This document shows, piece after piece, positions 12,379 through 24,014 of a stretch of 64,000 nt of DNA. The DNA is from Sphagnum compactum. Taxonomy: Eukaryota. The stretch covers positions 13,816,213 to 13,880,212 of the forward strand of contig OZ234493.1 of the NCBI GenBank assembly GCA_965153455.1, given 5' to 3'. The notes beneath the pieces are model-generated. The model made no database searches. It was not told the origin of the DNA and saw only the letters and a program-made list of their open reading frames with translations. Within the stretch, counting starts at the first letter, position 1. Every line of letters starts with the position of its first letter. Made by a program: the position numbers and the translations under genes.

Positions 12379-13303
12379 CTGCAAGATAGGAGCAAATGAA
12401 TTGGTTCATGGACTTACATGATTTGAATTCTCACTCATTGAATGATCTTAAAAGATTGTAATTGAAAAAATCTTGTTGATTGACATGAGCCCACAAGCTT
12501 CATGGTCAACTTTTACAACTTTTTTGGAGTCCATAAATATATTAAGTATAATCAAGGAGACTTGTTGAAATGAAAATGCATCTGCTTCTTGCATTGTGAA
12601 TAATGATCCCAATGTGAAGAACAAAGAAAATTCAAACATTAAAATTATCACAAGTTTTTTGCACTTGAGGATCCATTTTTCAAGTTCTATTGTGGACCAA
12701 AAATAATATTGATAGAAATTTTTTTTATTGTAGTGATCTTGCAAACATAAACCTTACACTATTAGAAAAAATGGTTTTTGTGACTACATATATGATTGCA
12801 TTTTTAGTTATATATACCACAGGTGACTATATGACTACGTAGTCCATAAAGCCATGTTGTTTCTACAATTAGTCCTTTCCATGACTTTAGTTCTAAGTGA
12901 CATTTATAACTAATGTTTCCATGACTCTAATCCTATTTGGCATAACCATGAAAAGTCATCCAATGGTTGAAATTGACCTTCTATGCCATTGGATTAAAAA
13001 ATGGCAAGCCTAGGTTTCCATTGAGATGATGCCATGTGGCACACATAAGCATCAATTTGATCTATTGCCACATGAAAGCCTAGGCAAGGAATGATATGTT
13101 GCTGCATGGCAAACCTTAGCCACCTTAGACCTACACACCTATGGACCTAGTACCTAGGCACGACACCTTTGGCTAAGAATTTAACCACCTCAGCAACTAG
13201 GTTTGGCACCCAAGGCACCTAGGTTTTAAAAATGCTAACACCATAGGTAGCCTATTGTGGCTATTTAATTTAGGCTAGGTAGGCTAGGCTAACTAGGTTG
13301 CAA

Positions 13304-13367
13304 GATTGAGGACTTGAACCCCTCACCTCCATGTTGGGGGGCCAAGTCCTCAACCAATGCACCACAT
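13304..13367 (-). other. tRNA-like/SINE-head segment with Pol III A and B boxes inside the CACTA element
   Basis: Minus strand GTGGTGCATTGGTTGAGGACTTGGCC...GGAGGTGAGGGGTTCAAGTCCTC: A-box-like TGGTGCATTGG and B-box GGTTCAAGTCC at tRNA-like spacing. No proper acceptor stem. Confidence 0.55.
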
Positions 13368-13399
13368 TCTTTTATGTCAACAAATTATATGAACCTTTT

Positions 13400-15725
13400 C
13401 TTTGAACCTATTTAAATAGCCTAGTTAAAATATCCTAACCTAGCTTAAGTTAGATACTAAAGTTAACATAAGCTACCCATGCTTAATACCAAAGTTAACC
13501 TAGGTTATTTAGATTATACCGAAGTTATACATAAGGTTATAGCTAGGCTATGTAGGCTACACCTAAGTTATAGGCGATATCTAGGATGTGCCTAAGTTAT
13601 ATAAGTTATGCTAAAACTATGTGGGGCTATAACTAGCTTTTGTATGGTTTTATCTAGGCTATGTAAGCTATAACAAGGTTATGTAGGTAGGCTAGACCTA
13701 GGCTATATAAGCTATGGCTATTATACTTCTAAGGCTACACATAGGTCATGTAGGCCTATACTTAGGTTATATGTAGGTTATATAAGCTAAATTTAAGTTA
13801 TCCCTAGGTTATTTAAGGTTATACCTAGGCTCTACATAGAGTTATACCTAAGCTATATATGTTATATATAAGTTATGTATGGCTATACTTAGGCTATGTA
13901 GGCTATGTAGGCTATGTATAGGTTATGTACAACTATACCTAAGTTATGTAAGGCTATAGTTTGGCTATACTTAGGCTATGTAAGGTTGTACTTCTAAAGT
14001 TATACCTAGGTTATGAAGGGCTAATATGCTTAGGCTATGGAGGCTATGCTTAGGTTATACCTAGGCTATGTAGGTGCCTAAGTTATATAGGTTATCCCTA
14101 GGTTATAACTAGGGTTATACATTAGTTATGTAGGCTATATATAGGCCATATATAGCTATACTTAGGCTATGTAAAGCTATAGTTTAGCTATACCTAGGGT
14201 ATGTAAGGTTTAGTTTGGTTATATCTAGGTTAGGTAGGGTTAATACTTAGGCTATGGAGGCTAGACCTAAGGTTATACCTAGGCCATGTGGGTTATATAT
14301 GAACTATGTATGGCGATGCTTAAGTTATATTTAACCTATGTAGGGTTATAGGGTAGATGCAAGCTAAAGTGGCACTATGGACTCATACAAAATGTCTAGA
14401 AAGTTCAGTTTTTTGACCTTTTTTTTGAATTCCAATGATTGATGGCCAATATTGATATTATTTTGATGTTATTTTTATTAAGAAAATCCAAGCCGTTCTA
14501 GAGGTCCTTATTTTGTGCTTTTCAAAAAAAGTTAGCTGAAGACAATTTAAAATTGAGTTAAATATGGACTTTACATTTTTCAAGCATTTTCACGTTGATT
14601 AAAAGTCCATAACTAATATTTTAAAAATAATTTGATGTTAATTTGTTCAAACTTGTGTTCATTAAAAAAAACCATTATATTATAAGTCCTTATAGAAAAT
14701 ATTAAGAATATTTAGGTCATGTCAAAGTTCATGTGCCAAACAATTTGCCAGTTGGCAAGTCCATAAGTTCAAGTTACAAAGTCCATAACGTTTTACCTTA
14801 ACGAATTATGCAAAATAATCTGCATGCTCATTGAGATAATTAAGTTGAGAATTTAAATCCAAGTCCTTAAGATCAAATTAATATATATGTGCATAGTTAT
14901 GAAGCTTACAATCACAACACCTTACAAAAGTTAGTTCTTATGTCACAAAAGTGAGCCATTCTAGCTTGCATCTCCCTATAGTTTGGCTATACGTAAGCTA
15001 CATAATGTTAATACTTAGATTATGGATGCTATATTCAAGGTTATATGTAGGATATGTAAGCTATATATAAGCTATGTATGGCTATACCTAGGTTATATGT
15101 AGAGTTATACCTAGGCTATATCTAGGCAATAATTAAATTATATAAACTATATTTAAAATATATCTAGGCTATGTAAGCTATGTTTATCTTATATTTGTTG
15201 CTATATGTAGGCTATGTAAGGCTACAATTAATCTATGTAGGGTTATACCTAAGGCATATAGGCTATACATAGGGTTATATCTTGGCTATGTAGGGCTAAA
15301 CTTGGGCTATATAGGTGACATAGGGTTATACATGGGGCTATATATGAAAGTTATATGTATGGAACTATGTATAGCTATATCGAGTAAACTATGTTTACAT
15401 CACGTAGGTTATTCCTCTATGCTACATAGGCTATAATTCGACTATATAGGGCTATACTTAGGCTATGTAGGTTAAACCTAAAACTATGTCTACATTATGT
15501 AGGTTATACCTCTAGGTTACATAGGTTGTAATTAGGCTATATAGGGCTATACAAGTAGGTTATGTAGGCTATGTAATGTTATACATAGGCTATGACATAA
15601 TGTTATAAATAAGATATGTAAAGTTATACATAGGTTCTATTTAAGCTATATATAGGTTTTGTATGTTGTCTAGATTATGTAAGTAGTATGCCTATATAGG
15701 CTTTTTAAATGGAATATAGAACCTA
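13400..15725. repeat. Degenerate short-period satellite (TAGGCTATG / TAGGTTATACC variants) in two blocks, ~13400-14370 and ~14980-15725
   Basis: Dense recurrence of ggctat/ggttat/accta motifs with ~9-11 nt spacing. Confidence 0.85.
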
Positions 15726-16328
15726 GGTTTTCTAAACAATGTAAAATTATATATACCAAAATGATTATTAGTCATGTAGTCATATTCATAGTCATTTCGT
15801 CATTTAGATCGCTAGAGTCAAATTAATGGCAATGATTAGTGTTTTTATAAGACTACATGATTAAATTTGGACCTTAGTCACAAAATGTCCTAGTCATAAA
15901 AACCATTTTTAAAAAATAGTGTCATCTTCATTATCACATTGCATACTTTTGACCTATCAAGTAGTAATCAAATTTGCCTTTTGATGTAAATGATGACTTG
16001 AAAAGGAAAAACCTAGAAATATATACCCTATTCAATAACTTGTATGGTATTGTTGTTCATGTGGAACGACTTTTAGTTCACATGATATAATGTGATATTG
16101 TTGGCATGGCATTACCCTACACTCTAGTGACTTTCAATGAATGGTGCCCAACTTCTAATTAATGCCTACAAGTTTATTTAAGTAGCACCTTAATACATGG
16201 ACTCCAAAATTGAGGCCTACACTAACCATGGGCCTTCTTTGATTTTGGTGGCATGTTTAGGCACCTCTCCATGTTTTTTCCTCGGTGGGATAGGTAGCTC
16301 TCTATTGCTTCCATTATTTATGTTGTCA

Positions 16329-16489
16329 ATGTCCATTTTAATATGAACCAAATGTAGCTATGTGGATGGCCTTGCTTGGTGCTTTACATAATTCATGGCA
16401 AATTGGAATTTGGAGAACATAGTGAATTTTTTGAATTGGAACCAAAGATGATAGTAGGCTATGAACTACTATCAAACATCTATGCCAAA
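16329..16489 (+). pseudogene. Fragment of a PLS-class PPR protein E motif
   Basis: EPNVAMWMALLGA then, across a frameshift, IHGKLEFGEHSEFFELEPKMIVGYELLSNIYAK. This matches the E-domain consensus WxALLGACRIHGNxExGE...LEP....YVLLSNIYA. Confidence 0.75.
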
Positions 16490-16892
16490 GACTGAAGAAA
16501 CCATGCATACACAAACTACTAACACCATCTTTGGTTGGTTTTTGAATGCGTTGATAACGTGTGCTTGACATGGAACAATATTTCTACAATTTTGAGGAAC
16601 TTTGAAGGTATTTCTTGTCTTTCATAATTTCTGACTAGATGATTTATGTGCATGAAACTGGGACATAAACCATACCACTGGTTCATTCACACAAATTTCC
16701 TTCTATGCAACATACTATTTCACTGCATGTAGTAATTCTATCAATATTTAGTAGCAAGAAAAACATGTTGAACCTTAGCAACATGATTTTTGAAAGTTGG
16801 GAGTTTACAACCATCATACTTGGAAAATATTGTGTTTAGATTATTTAACAACATTATTTTTTTATTAACAAACTGACAACATAAATTTGTTG

Positions 16893-17033
16893 GCAATAGA
16901 GGTGTTCAATTTCACACAAGATGGATTGTTGAGTGAGGATGTAATGATTTTTAAAAGTGAAATGCCATGGATGCATAGATGGGTCAACATGCCAACAACA
17001 ATGATGAATGTGCATGCTTGGGATATTGGTCAG
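16893..17033 (+). pseudogene. Isolated decayed villin/gelsolin exon
   Basis: EVFNFTQDGLLSEDVMI ... MGQ (shifted frame) ... AWDIGQ followed by a GTATT donor. It resembles plant villin gelsolin repeat 6 (EIxNFxQDDLLTEDIxILD...WVGQ...AFEIGQ). Confidence 0.7.
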
Positions 17034-20000
17034 GTATTGTCCTTTTTACACGTCGAAAAAGAAGGAATTATGAAAACTTGAGGCCTTGTGAGAACTTGGT
17101 ATTGCAAAAAGAGAAATATACTTTTGTTACACCCTCGTTTTGAAATATTGTAGGGTTGAGCCTGATAACCAAAAATAAATCCATAAAAACTTAGAATCCA
17201 ACACCGTGGAAAAAAATGATTAGATATGGCTAGAGCCAAACAAATCAAGAATTTTACGGCTTGCTCTTTTTCTTTCTTCCTTTGGGGTAATGCTCTTTTA
17301 GTATATCCAAATTGAATATTTGAAAGAGAGTCGAAGAAAGCAAATCAATAATAGTAGCTGATAGCGCACCTCGGTCATAATATCTGATTTTGTGTGAATT
17401 TATTGAGCTAGGCCTACAGCTCTGATAAATATCTACGACGCAGGCAGTGCAAGCAACAACAGGCTATTGAGTCCCAAAAAATATGGTGTTAGCTTCTTTA
17501 GATGATGATGATTTACAAGACATGGGTCACTCCCCTAATGTATTGTTTGTTCCCCAATCTTTGGTGCTTGAACATGAGCTTTAGAAACATTAGTTATAAT
17601 TGGACTAGTCCTAAACTTCTTGCATGTTTTGAAGGGCCTATTTGCCACATGTTGACAATTGATTCTGGAGACTAACTTTGTCCTGTATTCAAATTGAAAT
17701 TAGTGTTATTTGTATTCCATTTGCAAAGAGAAATATTTCCTTGTCTATTTAAATTTTGTTAATCCTATAATGGAAACAATGGATAAGGACTTGGTTTGAA
17801 GGTGACCACCAGATACTCTGGTCTTGGTACTAGAAGTAATTAAGCCAATACTACTCACTTAAAATAAGTATTGAACAATTTTTCTTGTAGAAAGTTCATG
17901 TAGGATAAGTGTTCAATTCTAATTTGTATGCAATTTAAGGATTTTGTGCTTCCATTGAGTAGTATTTTTTTTCATTCTTGATGCATGCTTTTCTTAGTGT
18001 CGAAATATGACTTCATGTCATAAAAGTTCTACTTTGACCATGTTCCTTCCTCAATCATAAACTTGCTTCCCCTTAACTTGAAATACATGGATATATAAAT
18101 GTATATTTAAATATTCCATCTGCCCCCTATATGAAGCTTAATCCCATATGCATTTCTATGAAACAGTAACCCACAATGCACATCACCCATTCCTGAAGTC
18201 CACTATTTCTTGTAATCAATCTTCCCAATTCACATCCAAATCACACCATGTTGGTATTCACTATTCACATTATGATAGTTCATCATCATCTGATGGCTTG
18301 GTTTCATTAATGAGAGTAACTCTAAATGGTTCAAAAATGCATATATTAACGAATCACATATCGAGCAATCCACAATGAAAAGACTACAACCAAACAAAAT
18401 TTTCACTACTTTGATATGAAAATTTCAAAAGCAGAGTTTAGAAATGATTGCCAAAATTCTTCATCAATTTGCATTGATGGATATCTAAAGTCAATGAATT
18501 TTAAACAACTAATATAAGCATTTGAAAAGGTCTTTTCCATTTCAAAATGATTCTTTGAAAATATGTTTCCAAACACACATAGACACATATTATGTTCCAA
18601 TAAATCAAACCATTCATGCAAATATGCACATGATTTTATCATCAAAAGAAAAAGACCTTGGTGTTGATATATGTTGGAAAAACAAGGGTCATTGAGAACC
18701 TATTCCTTTGCCAGTGCTCAAGGCACTGCCTCCTCAAAGAAGAGGGGATAGGGTCTATATATCTTTCAAGTGTTGTCATCAACCATCTCAAGACTAATTT
18801 CAAGTCTAATATGCTCAACTTCAAAGTTCTGATGGGATCCCTTTGTCCACTTTGGCAAGGCTACAATTATTGTTCTATTAATCACGAACAATTTACACCT
18901 AAACTCCACATAGTTACAATGAAATTCAAAATTGAATGACATGAACATGAGTTTAACTCCTAACCACACATACCTATGCATGCCTTCAAAGATCTTGCAT
19001 CGAAACAATTTGCATTGCTCACAAGTCAAGGGAGAATACCCAATTCTCCGATTCACAATAACTTGAATCTTAACTTGACAATGACCTACCTAGTTATAAC
19101 ACCTTATTTCATTCATACTTCTCTTCCATGGACAATGGACCTGATTGCAAAATCATGTTCTTTCAAAACAAAGATAACCCTTGTAACAAGATCTCACCAA
19201 GTATCGTGAATTCTGAAAATGGGTGGCACATACAACCGAGTATAACGCCCATAACCAAAACCTTTGTTTCCATTAGATAATCTCATTAGATATTGAACCA
19301 AAATTTCAACTTCCAAACTAATCAAACAAATGTAACTAGATACGTCTCTAGTCTCTACACCTAAACAATGGGTAGCTTTCTCTTGACACTCAAAAAGCAA
19401 CGAGGATCCAATCTCATCAAAGTCCACCTTCTACACCACTAAGAAACCTCAATCTTCAACTCAGACTTCCAACTAAAACTATCACTGATGTCACCCAAAA
19501 GCTCATATCAGCTGCAGTAAAGCAATATGTGCCACAGAAGGCAGTCAAAGCTGTTGAAAACTAACGGAAAAGACCATTCACAAAACATATATCGTGAATT
19601 GTCAGATCTCTCACAACCTCTGACGATCTTCCACACACCCATAGTATAACAACCCCCTTTGTATCATGCAATTGAAAGGAGAGTTTAAACATCATACGTG
19701 ATACTGCAGCTTGGGTCTCATGGATTCGTCACATATTACTATTTCTGTTCATGACACCTTCATGTAATAGACACTGGACATAGCAACAAGATGTGCAGAT
19801 TTCAAGCCCAATGCAAATTACAAACATACAAGCAATGGATCAATTTCTCTCGCTAGCAAGCTTCGCAATGATGCAAATCTCCGCCGCGCTTACGCTCTGT
19901 CTCGCTCGCGATCCGGCCGCGATCTTCGCAATCGTCAAGTCCTTCACGCGCGGAAGCTTTGCGCGGTGGCCATGGCGGCAAGGAAGCTAGGATGATAAAC

Positions 20001-20039
20001 ATCAAAACACATCCAGTTCTCATCCGTGACAAATGCATA

Positions 20040-20195
20040 GGAAGTTAGGTTTGGAATTGTCTTAGGTTTGGAAGTTAGGTTAGGAAGTACTGTCATTAGG
20101 CTCGTCCAGTAGGTTAGGGGAGGGAGGTTTGGTAATTTTAGGCTAGGAAAGAAGGTTAACGGATTGTGGAATGAGGTTCGGAGATTAGGGTTGGG
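20040..20195 (+). promoter_or_regulatory. RPL13a promoter with telo-box-like motifs (TTAGGTTT / ATTAGGGTT)
   Basis: Clustered ttaggttt/ttaggtt motifs and gattagggtt directly upstream of the GC-rich 5' UTR. Telo-boxes (AAACCCTA) are typical of plant ribosomal protein promoters; these matches are imperfect. Confidence 0.4.
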
Positions 20196-20318
20196 ATGAC
20201 GGGAGGAGGAGACAAGGCGGCGAGAAGACGAGGATGCGGGGTCTCTTTGAAATTGCGAGCTTTCTCGTCATCGCCATTGCTGCGAGCTGCAGACGGGCAA
20301 GCGAGCACAACAGGCAAA

Positions 20319-22038
20319 ATGGTGACGGGATCCGGTCTGTGTGCCAAGGTCGTGGTGGTGGATGCCCGGCATCACATGCTGGGACGTTTGGCATCGATTC
20401 TTGCCAAGGAGCTTCTGGATGGCCAGCGTGTAGTACGTTTTTTTTCTTCTTCTCCTCTTCCTCCTCCTACGTCTTTTTCTTTTTCTTCTTTTTCTTCTAT
20501 TTTTTGGTTTTCTTTGTCTTGTTTTGCAATGTTATTTAGATCTCGTTCAAATTTTCTTTAGACTGATATGACTGTTTTGTGCACTAGATGATTGGTGTAT
20601 TTGCTTGTAGTTGGAGTAGGAAGAGATCGGTGAGGGAATGAATGGCGGTGGTTTTTCTTTTTCTTCTTCTTCCTTGCAGCAGTTTCGTTCTTATGAACAC
20701 TTAGCTTTGAAGGAGAGTGTTATTTTGGCTCGGTGGTGTGAGGTGAGAGATTGTATGTAATGCAATGAACATTTTCTGTGGCCTTTTTCCTGTTGGATGG
20801 ATTCTGGGCGACTTTGTGAACTTCTTCATGAACACCTCGGATATTGGTTAAGGATTTTTTTTTCTAGCAACTGAGGTTAGGGGAGTTAACCTTTGCCGAT
20901 GTTGGGAATAGGTTGTAGTGCGCTGCGAGGAGATTTGTCTCTCAGGCGGGCTGGTACGGCAGAAGATGAAGTATTTGAGGTTTTTGAGGAAAAGGATGAA
21001 CACCAAGCCCAGCAAGGGCCCTATTCATTTCCGTGCACCAGCACGCATTCTCTGGAGAACTATCCGAGGGTGGGTTTTCTTGGACTTAATGAAGGGACAT
21101 TCTTTTTTTTTTCGGATGGGAAAGCTGCAGGAGTTAGGTTATTTGGAAGTGAGTAGCTTGATGATCAAATGTTTTGTTAAAAAATCTTTGCTTTGGTTTG
21201 AATTAGGAACATGGATAGGAGATGGATTTATGTGTGTTTGATGTGCATTGAAATTGTATCCTGTAGGTCAAGCTGTGTGTGGAAATTCTCATTTATGTCT
21301 GCCATGTTTCTGCAGAATGATCCCCCACAAGACAAAGCGAGGAGCTGCTGCATTGGAGCGCCTAAAGGCCTTTGAGGGTATTCCTGCTCCCTATGACAAG
21401 ATAAAGAGAATGGTGATCCCTGATGCACTCAAGTGAGTTCCTGATGAGCCTTTCCTTGGTTAACTCTGATTGCCTTTTGCTGTTGACATGCCATTACTTT
21501 GTAAATGCAGGCTTCAAAGCCCTCTGGGATCTCCCTCAGTTGTTTTTTCTTTCTTTCATGGTTTTATATCCCCTTTCTATTAATATTGTCAAGCATTGGT
21601 AACCCTTTTGCTGGGTGATTTCAGGGTGTTGAGGTTGCAGCCGGGGCATAAATTCTGTTTGTTGGGCCGTCTCTCTACCGAGGTTGGCTGGCACCATTAT
21701 GACACCATCAAGGTATGTTTTGATACCCCTGTAAATTTGTATGAAGTGACAAATAGATGTGTTCACTGGAAGCTTGGGCATATAGTTGAGAGCAATGATT
21801 GTAACTGTACATCAGGAGTACTGGGGAAAGAGTGAACTATGGTCTGGAGTTGCTCTGAATCTGGGATACTGTTTGGACTATTGCATAGGAATTGGAGGAG
21901 AAGCGGAAGGCCAAATCCAAGGTCTTTTATGAGCGCAAGAAGCAGCTCATCCAGCTTCGTCTCAAGGCTGCAAAGCGGGTGGAGGAGCAGATTAGCCCTT
22001 TGCAAGAAACCTTGGTGCCTATCAGCTACAAGGCATAG
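20319..22038 (+). CDS. RPL13A: 60S ribosomal protein L13a (uL13), 208 aa, 5 exons
   Basis: Exons 20319-20432, 20912-21069, 21316-21432, 21625-21712, 21889-22038, all GT-AG with continuous frame. Sequence [26 protein letters not shown]...[40 protein letters not shown]...[17 protein letters not shown]...PISYKA*. Confidence 0.97.
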
Positions 22039-23234
22039 ATTTTTCATATCTGTTGTCTGTTTAGTGGGTGTGTTTAGATGCAGTCCTCCTTAGGTAACCT
22101 GTTTCCTTTCACCCACCCATACTCAATTAATATGGAATTTCTCATGTGGTGTTGCACATCTCACTTATCTGTACTTGTTCAGTCAAAGAGATTGGTTTGC
22201 TTGAATTGTGGCTTTTTTTTTACCCAATGTTCAAAGCAAAGTTTCATTTGCATTTTACCTTGCTTCTCCAATACAATCTTAACTGCATATAGAAGTGGGA
22301 CAAGGGTCCTAAAATTGACGCCTTATTATCCTTCAAAGGGGGTCAAATCCTTTTTATTAATTCATTCTGGCAAATCATTCATCCTTGAGACCTGGAGGGT
22401 GATAATCCAATGACCTCCTTCAATCCAAATGGAACTTAAAAAGTGACTCCTTAACAAAACAGCCTATGTTTATGTCTGTATATTTTATAAGATTGGTGGG
22501 GATCTTAGGCTCAAAAGGTCTTAAGTCAAGTCTCTCAACTTACAATATTTATCAAAAGTTATTGATGTGTTTTTCATGCATTGGTATGATCTTGATAGGT
22601 TTGGAGGTTTTATTGTAACCATCCTCATTGCCAAAATGTTGAAGTGAAGTTTTCATGGGTTTATATTTATCACTTTTGGATTTTGATTTGGTCTTCTTAG
22701 AATGGTATGGGTTCAAAGAAAGAAGATTTTGAGACTTCAAAACTTTCATGATTTTTACAAGTTTGTTAGAAAATGGCATGTAATTAATGTAACTGTCATG
22801 TGTCATTTTATGATCCTTAGTGTTCGTAAACATGTTCTCATATTGATGAAGATTGCACTCAACTTTGAAGCATTATGAAGACATGTAGTCTCTGATTTTC
22901 AGATATTGTAGTTTCTGATTTTAGGAGCATTTGCACCCAAAGCCCCTGTGTGAGCCTCTACTAGTGTTGACTACATCCCACATACAGAGTGTAAAAAAAA
23001 AGTGGACATCAGATGAAACATTCAAAACCTGCAACGGTTCACAAGCTGAATTTACAGTGTATATGGTTGACCCCTTCACCTTACAAGAGGCCGTAGCAGG
23101 CCATCTACCTAGTTGACGCATAGATGCGCTCCTGTGGGAAACTTCAGAAACCCGCATAGAACAAGCAAGGTCTTTAACATGGGCGCACCAGGGTAAACAA
23201 TCAGCCACCGGCGCACCATCCATTGCAAAGGCCT

Positions 23235-23470
23235 GTTATGACACAGTTGTGGATGAATCCCAAATAAATCAATGTTGGGTTTCACTTTGATTATCCTATC
23301 CTGTAAAAAATAAGTCTGGTCAGTTGGTTGATCCGTTGGTCAATAGGTAGGAAGGTAGGAAGGAAAAGTAGTTGGTTACTAGGTTAGTATGCATGTAGAT
23401 GGTTAGTACATGGGTAGACTTGGGGCTAGTGGGTTGTTAGTAGGTAGTGAAAACAGAAACTGACACAAAC
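23235..23470 (+). repeat. Dispersed repeat ('GTTGTGGATGAATCCCAA' / GGTA-rich family), also at ~58310-58740
   Basis: Shared blocks tgttatgac..ttgtggatgaa.cccaa..cctatc and gatggttag.acatgg...tgggttgttag..ggtag..aaaac between 23235-23470 and 58310-58740. Confidence 0.7.
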
Positions 23471-24014
23471 CACCATGGTTTGCTCGAGAACTGGAACCCA
23501 GTGGAAAGTGTTTCCTATCCACCTACCCACCCATCCATCCCTCATGGCGCTCCCGGTGCCTGTTGTTGGTTCACTCTGGCTGACATGGGTGGGAAAGAGA
23601 GAGACGTATGTGGCTGGTGTGAATGAATCTCCACTGCAGCTTATATGGGTTGGTCAGTAACACCCGACTTGGCCCGAGGCACTGGGCATTCCTGACATTA
23701 AGGGCTTGCTGCCTGAGGTGCTTTTGAGTGTGCTGTTGTAGATTTTTGAGGGCTGTTGATCTTGGGCTCTGTGTTGTAACATAACACTGAAGACATAAAT
23801 CAATGTGTTGCAGTCATGGCTTTGTATGGTTTTCCTTCGGGTGTGTATATTCTTACCATAACACACATTTGTTGTCATGATAAGGGCTGATCTCAAGGTC
23901 GGGTTTTGTAACTTTGGGTACATTACAAAAAACACACACTTTTGTGTCTGTCTGGTTTAGGGTCAACACAACAAAATGTGATTGATTTATCAGAATTTCA
24001 CACACAATGTCTCA

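Larger units (their letters stand above)
12757..15921. mobile_element. Non-autonomous CACTA (En/Spm) DNA transposon
   Basis: Left end CACTATTAGAAAAAATGGTTTTTGTGACTA; right end reverse complement CACTATTTTTTAAAAATGGTTTTTATGACTA. Subterminal (A)TGACTA/TAGTCA repeats in opposite orientation at the two ends. 3-bp flanks TTA/TCA (TSD with one mismatch). No transposase ORF. Confidence 0.85.

Noticed and set aside
19671-19706. Short resemblance to an LSU rRNA segment (TTGAAA.GAGAGTT.AAACA..TACGTGA)
   Set aside because: About 35 nt with gaps and no flanking rDNA similarity; compatible with chance.
20433-21888. Intronic box C/D snoRNAs in RPL13a, as in vertebrates
   Set aside because: TGATGA motifs occur (~21160, ~21442), but I found no properly spaced CTGA with a terminal stem and no recognisable rRNA guide.
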